A model generated the notes under the pieces. That model searched no databases, had not been told where the DNA came from, and worked only from the letters and a program-made list of their open reading frames with translations. A stretch of DNA of 64,000 bases from Antedon mediterranea. Its lineage: Eukaryota; Animalia; Echinodermata. The stretch is from contig NC_092671.1 of NCBI RefSeq assembly GCF_964355755.1, positions 37,768,304 to 37,832,303 on the forward strand, given 5' to 3'. Of this stretch, positions 49,701 through 63,151 are shown piece after piece. Made by a program: the position numbers and the translations under genes. How positions within the stretch are numbered: position 1 is the first letter of the stretch; each line of letters begins with the position of its first letter.

Positions 49701-52700
49701 TTAATTTCATCAGCCAAATAGTTTCAACTTAAAAATAGTCGTTGTTGTTATTGTCAGTCATTATAATAAGTGTGAAGTAGCCATATTCAATTGTAGAGAG
49801 TCAAATGGCCGAGCGGTTAAGGCAGAGGTGGCGTTTATGAGCCAAACAATATCGGCAAGGTTTCGAGGCCAACTCGCTCTATAGTTCTGGTGGTGGAACA
49901 AGTTTCCTCTGATAAGGAAAACCGTATTTCCAGTGTACAAAGTTATAACCAGTGTACACTTTAAAGAACCCAGTTCATCATTCAAGACGAGTAGGGGGTT
50001 ACCCTGGTGAACTTGGTTCACAAAATAACCCCTGTATCAGGAGGATTGATAGGACAGTGATTAATTTACTAAATCTAGTGATAATACTAGTCTTGAGCAG
50101 GTCTAGCAGATTCAATTCAATTCAAAATATTTTTGTCCAAAAGACAATAAGTTAAAAAAAACAGTATAATGACAGAATGATATTTTTTTTTTTTAATCCC
50201 AAAAAGATGAAAATCTTGTGACGGGATTGCCTTGACATGATACCAAGTTCAAGTTCAAGTTCAAAAAAACATTTATTTATTCAACAATGGCATTATACAG
50301 TATAATATAATTATAGGTGTGTACATAAATGAAAACATAGTAATAAGCCATCATCATATACCTGCAACCTTCCGAGAGAAAGAAAAGCTTAACTTTACTA
50401 ATTTTGTTCAGTTATAGTTTCTTTACTACAAGGCCAATGTCCTATTGTTGATCTTTAATTATTTGGCTGTGGAGCTCATGGTCAAATTGCACTAGGAGAT
50501 ACAATCGATATATTTAGCTATCATATTGTTGAACTTAGCAATTTATATAAGATAGCTTTCAGGTTTCTGAAAGTGTTATGATTTGTGGTCTATTATTAGG
50601 AGAATGTTATCTTAAAATGATATGAAGTACAATACTTGTTTAAAATATTACTCAATGAACGATAAGATATGTTCTTGAACTCTTACCCTTATATATATAC
50701 TTATTTATTTACTATTATAATGTAAGTATAACTTCATTTGCTGTGATTTCATAAGGGTCTATTTCTGCTGCATGGCACCGAATAAATCATTTATTCCAAA
50801 ATCTAATTTTTATATTGACAGCATTTCTGCTCAATTTTTTGCTTCAAATAACCGTTTAAATTAGTGGGTGGTCGTTGACAAAAATCGTTTTGGTCCTGGC
50901 GGGCAATTCAAACGTTACTGCAGTGTCGTTGACTCAAGGTCAGCAGCTGTCAATAAAATAACCATTATTTTATGTTGGAGCTAAAAGTGCCCCAGCAATA
51001 AACTGATTAAATGGTGTTTTAACACCGAATTGAATGGGTGTTTTTAACCGGTTATTTTGCACTGCCTTTTAACCGGTTACCACAAAATTGTCCTGTGTCT
51101 GCTCCCAAGAAATTGGAGTTAATTTATTCACATTGTTTTTAACCAGTTATTTTATGCAGCAGAAACAGGACCTAAGAAAACACTTCCTTCTTTAAAACAA
51201 ATTAAAATATAATCATTCATTTGACCTAAAAAAAAATACAGTTTAGTATTTCCTCTTGTAACTTGGGTGCTTTGTTGTATAGATAATATAAATGTTTTTT
51301 GTATGTGGTTTAACATAAGTAAATGTAATTTAGTACTAGTGACTATCACAGTTACTACACATTTGGTACTTAACAACGGCACAATAGTTTACTAGTAATA
51401 CCCCATTGGTGTGCATTGAATAAGATCAATATAATAAGACCTTGGTGACTCACTCACAGGAAAAAAGAATGACTTTTACTGGTTATTCTTTTATTTAACT
51501 TAGGCCTTCTATGTCCGGCCTGAATCTTGTGGAATTGGATGGTAGTAGAAGGCAGTCTCTAGGCTCAGAAGGCAGGAGGAGTAGTATGTCTACTAGCGTG
51601 GCCTCGCCAGCTGAATTTGTCAATAAAAGTGGAGGCAATTATGTTATTGATAAGGTACGTATTCTCTGCTTGTTGTCGTGAGTTCTCTGTAGCATGCACT
51701 TGTCGTTTTATTATCTGTTAACTGATTAATGGTCAGTGACCGAAAACAACCATCGTTTAAATAAATATTTTTAGCAAACACACCTCCATGCTAAGTAGAT
51801 TTTTAGTAAATAAATAAGTAGTTTACCAAAACATACTGTTCTTTTTAAAGAATGTCTGATTTATGAGAAAAAAGGGGAAATTCAAATTAAGTATGATTAA
51901 AAAAAGATTATGAGGAATTAATTAATTTAACTGGAGGTTATTTTTACCACTAATTAACATGATCAGAATACTACCATCAACATTAATTAAATAAATAAGA
52001 ATAATGAAATATGATGGCACCACAGATTTAATAAATAAATAAATATATTATTAAGTAATTATTCTGCCTTTATTATACTTGCAAGTTGCATTAAAATATG
52101 CAAATTTACAGGTTGACTTATTCTATTTTGAGAAGAGAAACTCAACAGTTCTTTTCAGAACCAATATATACGTAGTTTATCACAAACTTTATATCAACAT
52201 TTGATTTCGCCATGCAAACCTTCAAACAATAAATTCTCTTTTGGTTGATAATTAAACATTTTAGTCAATTATAAGTACCATAAAAAAGTAATTTAAACAA
52301 TTCATTTAATTTAATTATAAATAATTTAAAATATAATACTAATTTGTTACTAATTATTTTTAAATAATAATAGTATGTTGTCAACATAAAACAAATGTAC
52401 AAACAATCTTAACTCTGTCCACACTATCAAACTTTATGTGACCAAAAATGTGATGTGCCTATATATGGACATGATGATGTCATATCACTACCATATTTGG
52501 GTATATCACTACCACTTTTCTGTCAAACTAGTTTAATAGTGTATTGGACAGAGATTAAATAATGCAATAAATATATTTATGCAATTTTAGGTATTGATAG
52601 CCAATAACGGCATTGCTGCCGTGAAATGTATGAGGTCAATACGAAGATGGAGTTACGAGATATTCCGAACCGAGAAAGCTATTAAATTTGTAGTCATGGT

Positions 52701-55700
52701 TACACCAGAGGACTTGAAAGCTAATGCTGGTTGGTTCACATCAAAGTTGTTTTTTTTCTTGTACTTTTTATAATTTGTGGTGCTATATTTGTGAGAAATC
52801 ATTTTTCATTAACATTGTTAATCAGGTTTATTACAAGGACGTTATTGCACGATGGGAATGGTTTGGGAGCAAACGTCATGACGCATTCTTACAAACAAGT
52901 CGCGTACATATGCGTTTTACGATAAATGATCGCAAATCAAATTTCTACAAGTATAACAATTAATGGTTTTTTTAAATTTCTAGAATATATTCGCATGGCA
53001 GATCAATATGTGCCTGTACCAGGAGGAACAAACAATAATAATTACGCGAACGTCGAGCTGATTCTGGATATTGCGAAGCGAGTGCAAGTTCAAGCCGTGT
53101 GGGCTGGATGGGGTCATGCCTCGGAAAATCCCAAACTTCCAGAGTTACTTCATAAAAACAACATCGCTTTTATCGGTTAGTTAAAATTTTTTTTATATTT
53201 GTTTAAATTCAGTTTATTAGTTTAACTTTTGCTAAGTGTGTTCTTAGTTAAGGTAATTAATTGCTACAAATATCTTGTTTTTGCATTTTGTCATTTTCGT
53301 AGAAGTTTCAGGACATATGTAATTCCAGGATATTCGGTGTTGATAATAGCTTTTAAGCCAGTTTCAAGTAGTTCATATGTTAACTTTAGTTGTAAATTGA
53401 AAGATAATCCTATAATCTAGTATTTATTTACTGGCTTATACCACACATGCTTACCACAAGCAATACACTTAGCATCTAAAGCACTGTCTACACTATCAAA
53501 CTTTATATGACAAAAAAATGTGATGTGCCCATATATGGACATGATGATGTCATATCACTGCCATATTTGGGTATATCACTACCAAATTTGAGGATATCAC
53601 ATCTATATTTGAGCATTTCACTACCATATTTGGGCACAAGTACAAATTTATAATTCATATTCCAAGTAATAAATACATTGTCCCTGGAAAAGAATAGAAT
53701 AAAAGACTGTTCACTAACTTTACTACTTCTAAATTGGCCTAATTTAGAAGAAAAACAATATTACAACGAAGCAGTCACAATGTATAAAATAATGAATAAC
53801 TTGACACCATCCTACTTAAGAAACAGATTCTATGAACGCAAACAAACATATAATACTAGATCAAATGATATTCTAAGTTTACGTAAGGCAAACACTGAGT
53901 ATAAAAAGAAAAGTTTCTCGTATTCTGACGCAAAGCTATGGAATAGTTTAAATGCTATAAACTCAAATGCAATTACAGCTCCTAATATACATATATTTAA
54001 AAAAATTATAAATGACCAAAGATAAAATATACTTGAAACTCTATATTTTTCATGAAATCTTTTTTTTTTTTTTTTTTTTTCTCTACTGTAAATTATAACT
54101 TGTGTAATAGTATAAATAGTTTTGTAGTAAGTAACGGCCTTGTGAAAAACACCAATATTGTGATTCAAGTGTGGCATCCGTTTTGAAATAAAGTTGTTAT
54201 TACTATTATTATTACATGCAAACACGTTTAATAGTATTAATTTATTATTGATAGTGTAGACAGAGCTTTAAGCTGAGTCAAGGGAATTGCCAAGTGATTA
54301 TGCATTCTACTTCAACTGAATCATTTTTTAAAATAATTTAAATGCTTTTTGTTTAAATATCATGATAAAAATAAAAAAAGAAAATCAAGATGGGAATGAA
54401 ATGAGATTTGAATATTTAATAATATTTATTTACATTGTTTAGGACCACCTGAACATGCTATGTGGGCCCTTGGCGACAAGATAGCTTCTTCAATTGTAGC
54501 TCAGAGTGCAGGTGTGCCTACACTCCCATGGAGTGGGGATGGGCTTACAATTGAATGGTCCCCCGAAGATATGAAGAAGAATAAATCTATTACAGTCCCT
54601 GAAATGTTATACAAGAAAGGCTGTGTTCTTGATGCTGATATTGGCGTACAGGTAAAAAAAGACACATTCTCAGCTGATTATCTGTACTTTATCTCCATAT
54701 ATGGCACTATCTGTCCAGTATCATAGGCACATTCTGTAATACCATTTCACATGTTTCACACATGGTGTCTTTAATACGATACAGGCATCAAATGTGATAA
54801 ATATGTGATATTGTGTTGTAGTATCATGGAGGAAAAAATATATTATTTTTTCCTCCATGGTAGTATCAAACTGGACATATACCAAGAATATAATAACAGT
54901 ACCGAGAATTGGCTACAGTACTTGACAGAATGACAGATTAAAATAATTTTCTATATATTATTTCATTTATTTCGTCAATTAAAAACATGATAAATTTAAT
55001 CCGGCCTCTAGTATGTTCCAGTTGATGCGCAGCCGGCGATTTCGTTCTATTAAGGCCAATAAGGCACGATTTACAAATAGTTTCTTTCCAGGAACTATTA
55101 GAGCCTTAAACATAATGTAGACACTTTTTTGTAATGTTTTTGTTTTTGAGTTCGTGTTGTGTCCGTTGGATATTGTGCTCCGCCAACAGAGAAAACAGAA
55201 TTTCAATGTTTTTTCTTAAAACAAATGATAATTAATGATACTTGACTTGACTTGACTTGATAATACAAAACAAATACAAAACAAATAAACATAACAAAAC
55301 CGATGACGGTGACAGGATTAAACAAAATCAAACAAATTGTCTCCGCCGTCATGGGTGACAATACATATAATAAACAACAATTAAAATCATTATTTCAATT
55401 CTATCTGTGTAATTCTTTTAAATTGTACTGTTTTTTTATGTTATGACTACAGCAAGCTCAGCGTATTGGCTTCCCGGTCATGATAAAAGCGTCGGAAGGA
55501 GGCGGCGGAAAAGGCATCCGTATGGTAGAAAATGCGGACGACTTCCACAGCTTATTCAAACAAGTTCAAAATGAAGTTCCAGGATCACCAATATTTGTCA
55601 TGAAATTGGCAAAGAGGTAATGATTATATTGCTTATACAATTTACTCCTAAAGCTCGGTCTACACTATCAAACTAGTTTGATGTGCCCAAATATGATAGT

Positions 55701-58700
55701 GATATACCAAAATATGGTAGTGATATGACATCATCATGTCCATATATGGGCACATCACATTTTTTTGTCACATAAAGTTTGATGGTGTAGACAGAGCTGA
55801 ACACCAGACCAGGATCAAAATACACAAAGCAAATTGAATGTAGTGGTTTATCCATTGTAGATATTTGACCTGGAGATTAGTTGTCAAGTTTATTAAGTAC
55901 TGTACCATTCCACTTCAGCAGTAAAGCCTTAACCTGATTAAATTTTTTGGGTAATACTTATTATATAATGGCAAGTACTGAATTCATAGAAATAGGAAAT
56001 CTTATGATAAATATGGAAGGCAATCACTGCCAAAAATACAATTACAAACATACAAATACAATATTTGTTAAATTTTAACAACGCGGTTGTTGCCTTCCAT
56101 AGATTAAGACTAAAGGTTAAACATTTAATTTTTACACATTTTATTGAATTTTCTATTACTAGTGCTCGTCATCTTGAAGTGCAATTGATTGCCGACAAAT
56201 ATGGAAATGCTATTTCCTTATTTGGGCGTGATTGTTCTATTCAGCGTCGCCATCAAAAAATTATTGAAGAGGCTCCGACAACAATTGCCAAGCCTGAAGT
56301 CTTCAGGGAGATGGAGAAGGTAAATTTATGAATTATTTGTTTTCAAACTTAGTAATGAAATTGAAACAGTATTACATCATTCAATCAGTTGTTAATTTCT
56401 AGGCTAGGCTACAAGAGTAAAGCTTTCTCTACACTGGCAAACTTTGTGACAAAAACGTGTGATGTGCCCAAATATGGTAGTGACATGTCTATAAATGGGC
56501 ACACCACATTTTTTTGTCACATGAAGTTTGATAGTGTAGACAGAACTTTAGGTACTCAAGTGCTTGAATATCGTCATTATTGCATCATGCATTCTCTCTC
56601 TCTTCATTTTCTAGGCCGCTGTCACTTTAGCTAAAATGGTAGGCTACGTAAGTGCCGGAACAGTTGAGTATTTGTACAATGATGAGGAGGGTAAATTCTA
56701 CTTTTTGGAGTTGAATCCTCGTCTGCAGGTGGAACATCCATGTACAGAGATGGTGGCTGGGGTAAACCTGCCATCTCTACAACTACAGGTATGTTCAATG
56801 AAGTATATCCACAAGAATATAGTAAAGCTCTGACTACACTATTAAACTTTATGTGATGTGCCTATATATGGACATGATGATGTCACATCACTACCATATT
56901 TGTACATATCACCACCATATTTTGGCACATCACAATTTTTTTGGTAAAACTAGTTTGATATTGTACATAGAGCTTAAGTCGTATGATATATGTGATTGTG
57001 CAGAACATTGTTTCCTTATTAGCTATGAACTATGAATACTTTCTTTTTGTTTTACAGATTGCTATGGGTATACCCCTCAACCGTATCAAAGATATCCGCA
57101 CTTTTTACGGGGAATCTCCATTTGGCCATTCACAAATTGATTTTGAAAAGTAAGTACATTTTCAGGGTAAAATTTTAATATGTAACTGATTATATTCAAG
57201 ATAATGAGGTAAAGTCTTTTTTGTGAGTCTAAAGCTCTGTCTACCAAATTTAATGTGATGTGCCCATATATGGACATTATGATGTCATATCACTACCATA
57301 TTTCAACTTCAACTTTACTTTATTCACATCATCATACATAAATAGTACAATACAATAAAATGTATGTGTGTGTGAAAAGGAGCCAAAAAATAGCTTTCGC
57401 TAATCAAGGTTTGACTCCTGTCACAAAAAATAAATTAGTCATAATGCATACATTTTCATCTATCAACAATAATTCAATAAGAAAGAAACAGCAACTATAT
57501 GAAAGAAATAACGTAAACAAGGGCTAACATTAATATTTTTGTAAAAGTAAACATTTAACTTCATTTATAAATTTAAATCTAGGCACATCACTATTTGTTT
57601 GTCAAACTAGTTTGATAGTGTAGACAGAGCTTTACTTATTTTATTTTTTTATTTTCAGTCCAACTAACCCTCCTGTGCCTAAAGGGGCTGTCATTGCTGC
57701 TAGAATAACCAGTGAAAATCCAGATGAGGTAACTGAAAAAAGAAAAATTATACAAACCTTACTTCAAAATTCATAATAGGTTAACAAAATTTAAATACAT
57801 AATACAATACAATTGATTATCTACAGTAATTATAAGATTCATTTTCTGCCTTATTATGTAATAAACAAAATATATATCGGTATCTTTATTTCAATAAAAA
57901 ACATGAGTACAATATCAAAAATATAAGTGCCATGGCAAGAATTGAATTGAGGCACTTATTTACAATTAGTTATTATATAGTAAAAATATATTTACGAAAT
58001 CGTAAATAATAAATATTCCAAGGGGAAAAAAAACTAGAAAAAAACGGAGCAAAAGGTGATGATAATCAAGAGTATAATAATGGCATGTTTAAAGTTTTGA
58101 CACAATGATATTTAGTTATTGCTTTGATTAAAGCTCTGTCTACACTATCAAACTAGTGTGAAAAACAAAAGTGTGATATGCCCAAATATGGTAGTGATAT
58201 AACATCATCGTGTCCATATATGGGCACATCACCTTTTTTGGTCACATAAAGTTTGGTTGTGTAGACATAGCTAAGGAATACATAATTTTCGAACCATCTC
58301 AATTATAATCTCTCTCTAATTACAGGGCTTCAAACCAAGTTCCGGAACAGTGCAAGAACTCAACTTTCGTAGCAACAAGAACGTGTGGGGTTACTTTAGT
58401 GTTAGCGCTTCCGGTGGCCTTCATGAGTTTGCAGACTCGCAATTTGGACATTGTTTCTCATTTGGAGAAGACCGAGAAGAAGCCAGAGAGTGAGAAAACA
58501 TTTTTTTATTTGAAATATACATTTTCTTTAACTTGAAATATCATACTTGTATAAGCCCACCAACCTTGAAGTTTTTAGGATGGGCTTATAACTGAGACTA
58601 ACATGTTATAGTTAATTGCAGGCTTAAAATTAAAAAAAAAAATAAATAGGTTGAAAATTATTGTAATAGTATGGCTAACTATACAATATTACTTCTATTT

Positions 58701-61700
58701 ATTGATTTTATTTATTACGTACAATGTATTTCAATATTTTAAAAGATGATGAAATAAAAGTTGGACGAAGCCACATTAAGCTCTGTTTACACTATCAAAC
58801 TAGTTTGACAAAAAAAAAGTGTGATGTGACCAAATATGGTAGTAATATGACATCATCATGTCCATATATGGGCACATCACATTTTTTTTGTCACATAAAG
58901 TTTGATAGTTTAGACAAAAGAATGATAACAATAATTTGTTGTTTTAACAGGAGCATGGTTGTAGCTTTGAAAGAGCTTTCAATCAGAGGTGATTTCAGGA
59001 CAACGGTAGAATACCTCATCAAACTTCTAGAAACAGACAACTTTCAAGACAATGAGTTTGACACTGGCTGGTTGGACAAACTCATCGCTGAAAAGCAAAC
59101 GGTTAGCATTATTTCTAATTTAATTTAGTTTATTCACTTGGTTAAATGCATCTAAAGCTACATCATCATCATGTCTATATAAGGGCACATTCTCTTTGTG
59201 TTGAGCAGCTAACAACAATCTGGGTAGTAAATAAATAAATAAATAAATAAATTTATCTGTTCACAACCAATACACCAATACAAATAAATACATTTACTGT
59301 AAATGAAATTATTATATTAAAATTTAATATATTTTTTAGGCTGAGAAACCGGATACAATGCTTGGTGTGATAGTAGGCTCTCTACATGTAGCTGATACAT
59401 CAATTCACAATAACTTCTCTGAATATCAAACATCCCTAGAAAGGTAAATATTAAATATATATAAATCCAAAGGCAAACTACTAAAAAAATGGCAAGGCAG
59501 TGGCAGGATGTCATGTAAATACAAGTAAAATAATCAAAAAGCTAAATCAAAACGATAAAGTAAAATAGCCAGAAAAATTTGCTTTAAGGCAACACTAGAA
59601 GAAGAAAGAACAAGAAGAGTAGGGAACCCACTGTTCTGATCGTGGTCCTGTACTGGTCTCTCTGGTGTTACTGAACTGTACTGACGAGGTCACCCAATGT
59701 AAAGAAGAGATACATCATGCATTAGTTTAATTATTTAACTGTTAATATATTGACTGGTTCATAACATATAATATCGTTGATATTCTTTTCAGAGGACAAG
59801 TCCTATCATCCAATACATTAGACAACACTCGCGAGGTAGAGCTGATTCAAGAAGGGGTGAAATATGTGACCAAAGTGACCCGTCAAGGTCCAAATGCTTA
59901 CTTTTTGAGTACGAATGACTCGTGTATTGATATAGAGGTCCATCATCTCACTGATGGAGGTCTACTTATTTCATATGATGGTAGTTGCCACACCACCTAT
60001 ATGAAAGAACAAGTTGACAGGTAAGAAATACAATATTGACTGACTGACTTTTCTCATTTTAAACATTAGATTTAAAGATTAAAAATCATGTAATTCAATG
60101 GTTATCTACAGGAAAGAGAGGGGAACCATAATTACATGGCCATAACATCGGCAAGGGTTCGAGGCTCACTCACTCCATGGTTCTGGTGGTAGAACAAATC
60201 TTCTCAGATAAGGACTATAAACCATAGGTCTAGTGTACACATCTAGCTCATGTGCACTTTAAAGAACATAGTACATCTTTCGAGACAAGTAGGAGTTACC
60301 CCCGTGTGTTAGTACATCACAGCCACTGATCATAACTGGGCCTGCTTAGAGACTAAAGAGGTCACCTAGTATAAATAATAATAATATTTTAGCCTTTCTC
60401 ACCTAATTACAGAAACATAATAAATATTCTAGATTTGATAATGGCTTAAACTTTTATTTCAGTTACCGTATCACCATTGGCAACCAGACTTGTGTGTTTG
60501 AAAAGGAAAATGATCCAACCATCTTACGTTCTCCCTCTGCTGGAAAACTGATTCAGTTCACGGTTGATGATGGTGGACATTGCTTCGCGGGACAACCTTA
60601 TGCGGAGATTGAAGTGATGAAAATGGTGATGAGTCTGAGAGCTAATGAGGATGGATGGTGAGTCTACTTTTAACCTGTGTGCCCATATATGGACATATCA
60701 CTACTATATTTGTGCATATCACAAAATTTAATGTGTTTTGTTTTCTCAGTGTCCATTATGTGAAAAGAGGTGGAGCTGTACTGGACCAAGGAAGCATTGT
60801 TGCTAGGCTGGAGTTGGATGACCCAAGTAGAGTTCAAAGGGTAAAGATCAATATTCATTGACAAAAATAAATATACAATTATTTTATGAATTATTATTTA
60901 GTTATTATATAGCAACTTTAAGATATTCCTCACATATTGTCTGTGAGTTTTAAATAAGTAATCTGTTCATATTTTTTTCTAGGCTCAAATGTATACAGGT
61001 CAATTTCCAGCACCTCAGGGACCCTCCGTACATGGATCTAAACTGCATCAAGTTTTTCAGAAAGCTAAGGAGGCACTTGACAACATAATGAATGGATATT
61101 GCTTGCCTGAACCATACTTTGAAGAAAAGGTAAATTCATTAAAATTGGTTCACCCGATTCGCAGTACTGTATCTCCACAAATTCTATATTGAATTTCATT
61201 TTTTTTTTACGTGTCATGAGCACTCTTGAGTGGTATGTGTGCGCTATATAAATTAATATTATTATTATATTATTATTATATTACAGTGTCACATAGTGCC
61301 TGTATAATTAAAGGTTAGGCATATGATACAGGCAGTATGTGTGATTCATATGTGACATTGTATTACAGAGGTTGCCTATGATACTGTCCAAATTTAGATA
61401 CAGTATTGAGAATTGCCTGTTTTCAGCTTCGTTTATTACAAAGTCCAATCACAATTGCAGTTGTAGGAAATAGGGGCCTAAAACTAGTGAGTTGAACTGA
61501 ATATGATGTCCTATCTTTTGCATTACAATTTGCAAATTTTTAAAAGGGCAAGGGCTGACTGGGCCCCCGCCCCCTTAAATCCGCTCCTGAACCACCCACA
61601 AAATGTGTCATCTGATTTGTTTCCTCTTCTTTTAAGTGTGAGGAGTATGTCCAAATGTTTATGAAGTCTGTGCGTAACCCTGCCTTGCCGTTACTTGAGA

Positions 61701-63019
61701 TGCAGGAGATGGTATCCAGTATAGTGGGTCGAGTTCCTAGCGACGTGGAGAAGCATATCAAGAAGCTTCTAAACCAGTACAACAGCAATATTACATCGGT
61801 GCTCTGCCAGTTCCCAAGTCAACAGGTAAGATTTTAAAGGAGTTCTGACTCTATAAAGCTCTGTCTATGTGATGTGCCCAAATATGGTAGTGATATTCCC
61901 AAATATGGTAGTGATATGACATCATCATGTCCATATATGGGCACATTTTTTGTCACATAAAGTTTGATGTGTAGACAGAGCTTAACACTCCAAGTGCTGC
62001 TTCTCATCATACCAAAGCTGTTCCATTTGTCCATTTCTTTGTCAAACTTGTACTGCACAAAAATGTTATCTAAATTGCCATTGATATTTTTATGGAGAAA
62101 TGTTAAGCTCTGTGTACACTATCAAACTAGTTTGAAAAAGTGTGATGTGCCCAAATATGGTAGTGATATTCCCAAATATGGTAGTGATATACACAAATAT
62201 GGCAGTGATGTGACATCATCATGTCCATATATAGGCACATCACATTTTTTGGATATTGTAGACAAAGCTTTAGTGATCCATCTCCTTACCTATTTTAGCT
62301 GAATTAAATAAAATCATTTTTACTAAAATAAATCATTTAATTTGATTAGATTGCGAATGTAATTGACAAACATGCAGCTACTTTAGCCAAAAAAGCAGAT
62401 CGTGATGCGTTCTTCCTACACACTCAGGGGATCATACAACTTGTCCAAAGGTATTTATATCAAACTATTGCACAAATGTTAACTTAAATAGTCTATTTTG
62501 TCAGGTTGTGAACTAGCATGTGACCTACCTATTGTCGAAGAGCTCTAACTGTGGTAGCTCTGACTTAACTTAAGTAGTCTATTTTGTCATATGGTGAAGT
62601 AACCTGTGACTCCAAAGACACCTATCTATTGTCAGAGAGCTCTTAGTGTGACAGCTTTAACATTGTAGACCTCCTACAACTTTACATTTTGCTACTTGGA
62701 TTTCTTATAAGACTTTTAAGTTTCACTGCAGTTGCATTTCTCACAACACATTTTATATTTTGAATGAATAACTTTTAATCATCACCATTTTCTGTATCCC
62801 GACAGATATCGTAATGGTATCCGAGGTCACATGAAGTCCGTCATCCATGACCTCCTTCTTCAGTACCTCACCATAGAGAAGGTGTTCCAGCAAGGTCCAT
62901 ACGATAAGTGTATTACCGCCCTCATCGATCAGCAGAAGGGAGACATGATGACCGCAGTGCAATATGTTTTCTCACATTATCATGTCAAAGAAAAGAATAT
63001 ACTTGTTGTTATGCTTATT
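46739..63019 (+). CDS. ACC: Acetyl-CoA carboxylase (eukaryotic multidomain ACC), 5' part: biotin carboxylase, BCCP and start of central domain; continues beyond window
   Basis: Coding exons: 46739-46884, 49624-49686, 51504-51654, 52591-52729, 52984-53175, 54443-54651, 55453-55616, 56163-56319, 56615-56788, 57058-57149, 57659-57728, 58326-58489, 58951-59101, 59340-59443, 59793-60020, 60463-60657, 60750-60840, 60983-61129, 61637-61825, 62350-62450, 62806-63019. Motifs: RPSMSGL (AMPK site), [69 protein letters not shown] (biotinyl-Lys). Confidence 0.96.
46960..47106. mobile_element. Tc1/mariner-pogo (Tigger-like) MITE remnant
   Basis: TACTGTAGAA ... TTCTGCTGTA ends, TGTCCCCT..ATAGAGG subrepeats; a related split copy lies at 63083-63145 and 63826-63880. 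Confidence 0.5.
48025..48651. mobile_element. TTAA-flanked non-autonomous DNA transposon family B (Kolobok-like)
   Basis: TTAA-AGACCCCTTCCCT ... AGGGAATGGGGCT-TTAA; the internal segment recurs reverse-complemented at about 23000-23215. Confidence 0.75.
48674..48848. mobile_element. Dominant MITE copy
   Basis: Both TIRs, TAA/TTA. Confidence 0.85.
49797..50040 (+). mobile_element. tRNA-derived SINE family 3 (Deu/Nin-domain-like)
   Basis: TGGCCGAGCGG box A, GATAAGGA..AAACCGTA, CACTTTAAAGAACC, GAGTAGGGGGTTACCCTGGTG; domain assignment is from recalled resemblance only. Confidence 0.7.
50756..51171. mobile_element. PIF/Harbinger-like non-autonomous element
   Basis: GGTCTATTTCTGCTGCAT / ATGCAGCAGAAACAGGACC termini with TAA on both sides. 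Confidence 0.65.
52412..52555. mobile_element. Dominant MITE copy
   Basis: Both TIRs, diverged. Confidence 0.8.
53479..54267. mobile_element. Dominant MITE split by an inserted LINE 3' end
   Basis: Left part 53479-53637; right TIR TGATAGTGTAGACAGAGCT at about 54249-54267. Confidence 0.75.
53640..54215 (+). mobile_element. LINE 3' end remnant (L2/CR1-group)
   Basis: LNWPNL...[13 protein letters not shown]...YNTRS...[15 protein letters not shown]...FKK, then 3' UTR, AATAAA and (TTA)n; a related antisense tail lies at about 6578-6660. Confidence 0.75.
55652..55798. mobile_element. Dominant MITE copy
   Basis: Both TIRs. Confidence 0.85.
56421..56547. mobile_element. Dominant MITE copy
   Basis: Both TIRs, diverged. 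Confidence 0.8.
56826..56974. mobile_element. Dominant MITE copy
   Basis: Both TIRs, TAA/TAA. Confidence 0.8.
57233..57631. mobile_element. Dominant MITE split by a roughly 280 bp insertion
   Basis: Left part 57233-57302, right part 57580-57631; the insert starts with TTCAAC repeats and TTTATT, like an antisense retroelement tail. Confidence 0.75.
58133..58272. mobile_element. Dominant MITE copy
   Basis: Both TIRs. Confidence 0.83.
58779..58920. mobile_element. Dominant MITE copy
   Basis: Left TIR, core, eroded right TIR next to the acceptor at 58950. Confidence 0.82.
60137..60385 (+). mobile_element. tRNA-derived SINE family 3
   Basis: GGGTTCGAGGC, same body as 49797-50040, TAA tail. Confidence 0.7.
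61856..62269. mobile_element. Two dominant MITE copies
   Basis: 61856-61982 and 62106-62269. Confidence 0.83.
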
Positions 63020-63151
63020 GTAAGTACTTAATATTATTTAATATTTAATATTTAATATTTCTCTTTGTTTTTTCCAGTATGTTATTATAGAACCCCTATT
63101 AAGGGGACACATTCTGGAGACAACAAAGTGTTCCTTTAATAGAGTCATGAG

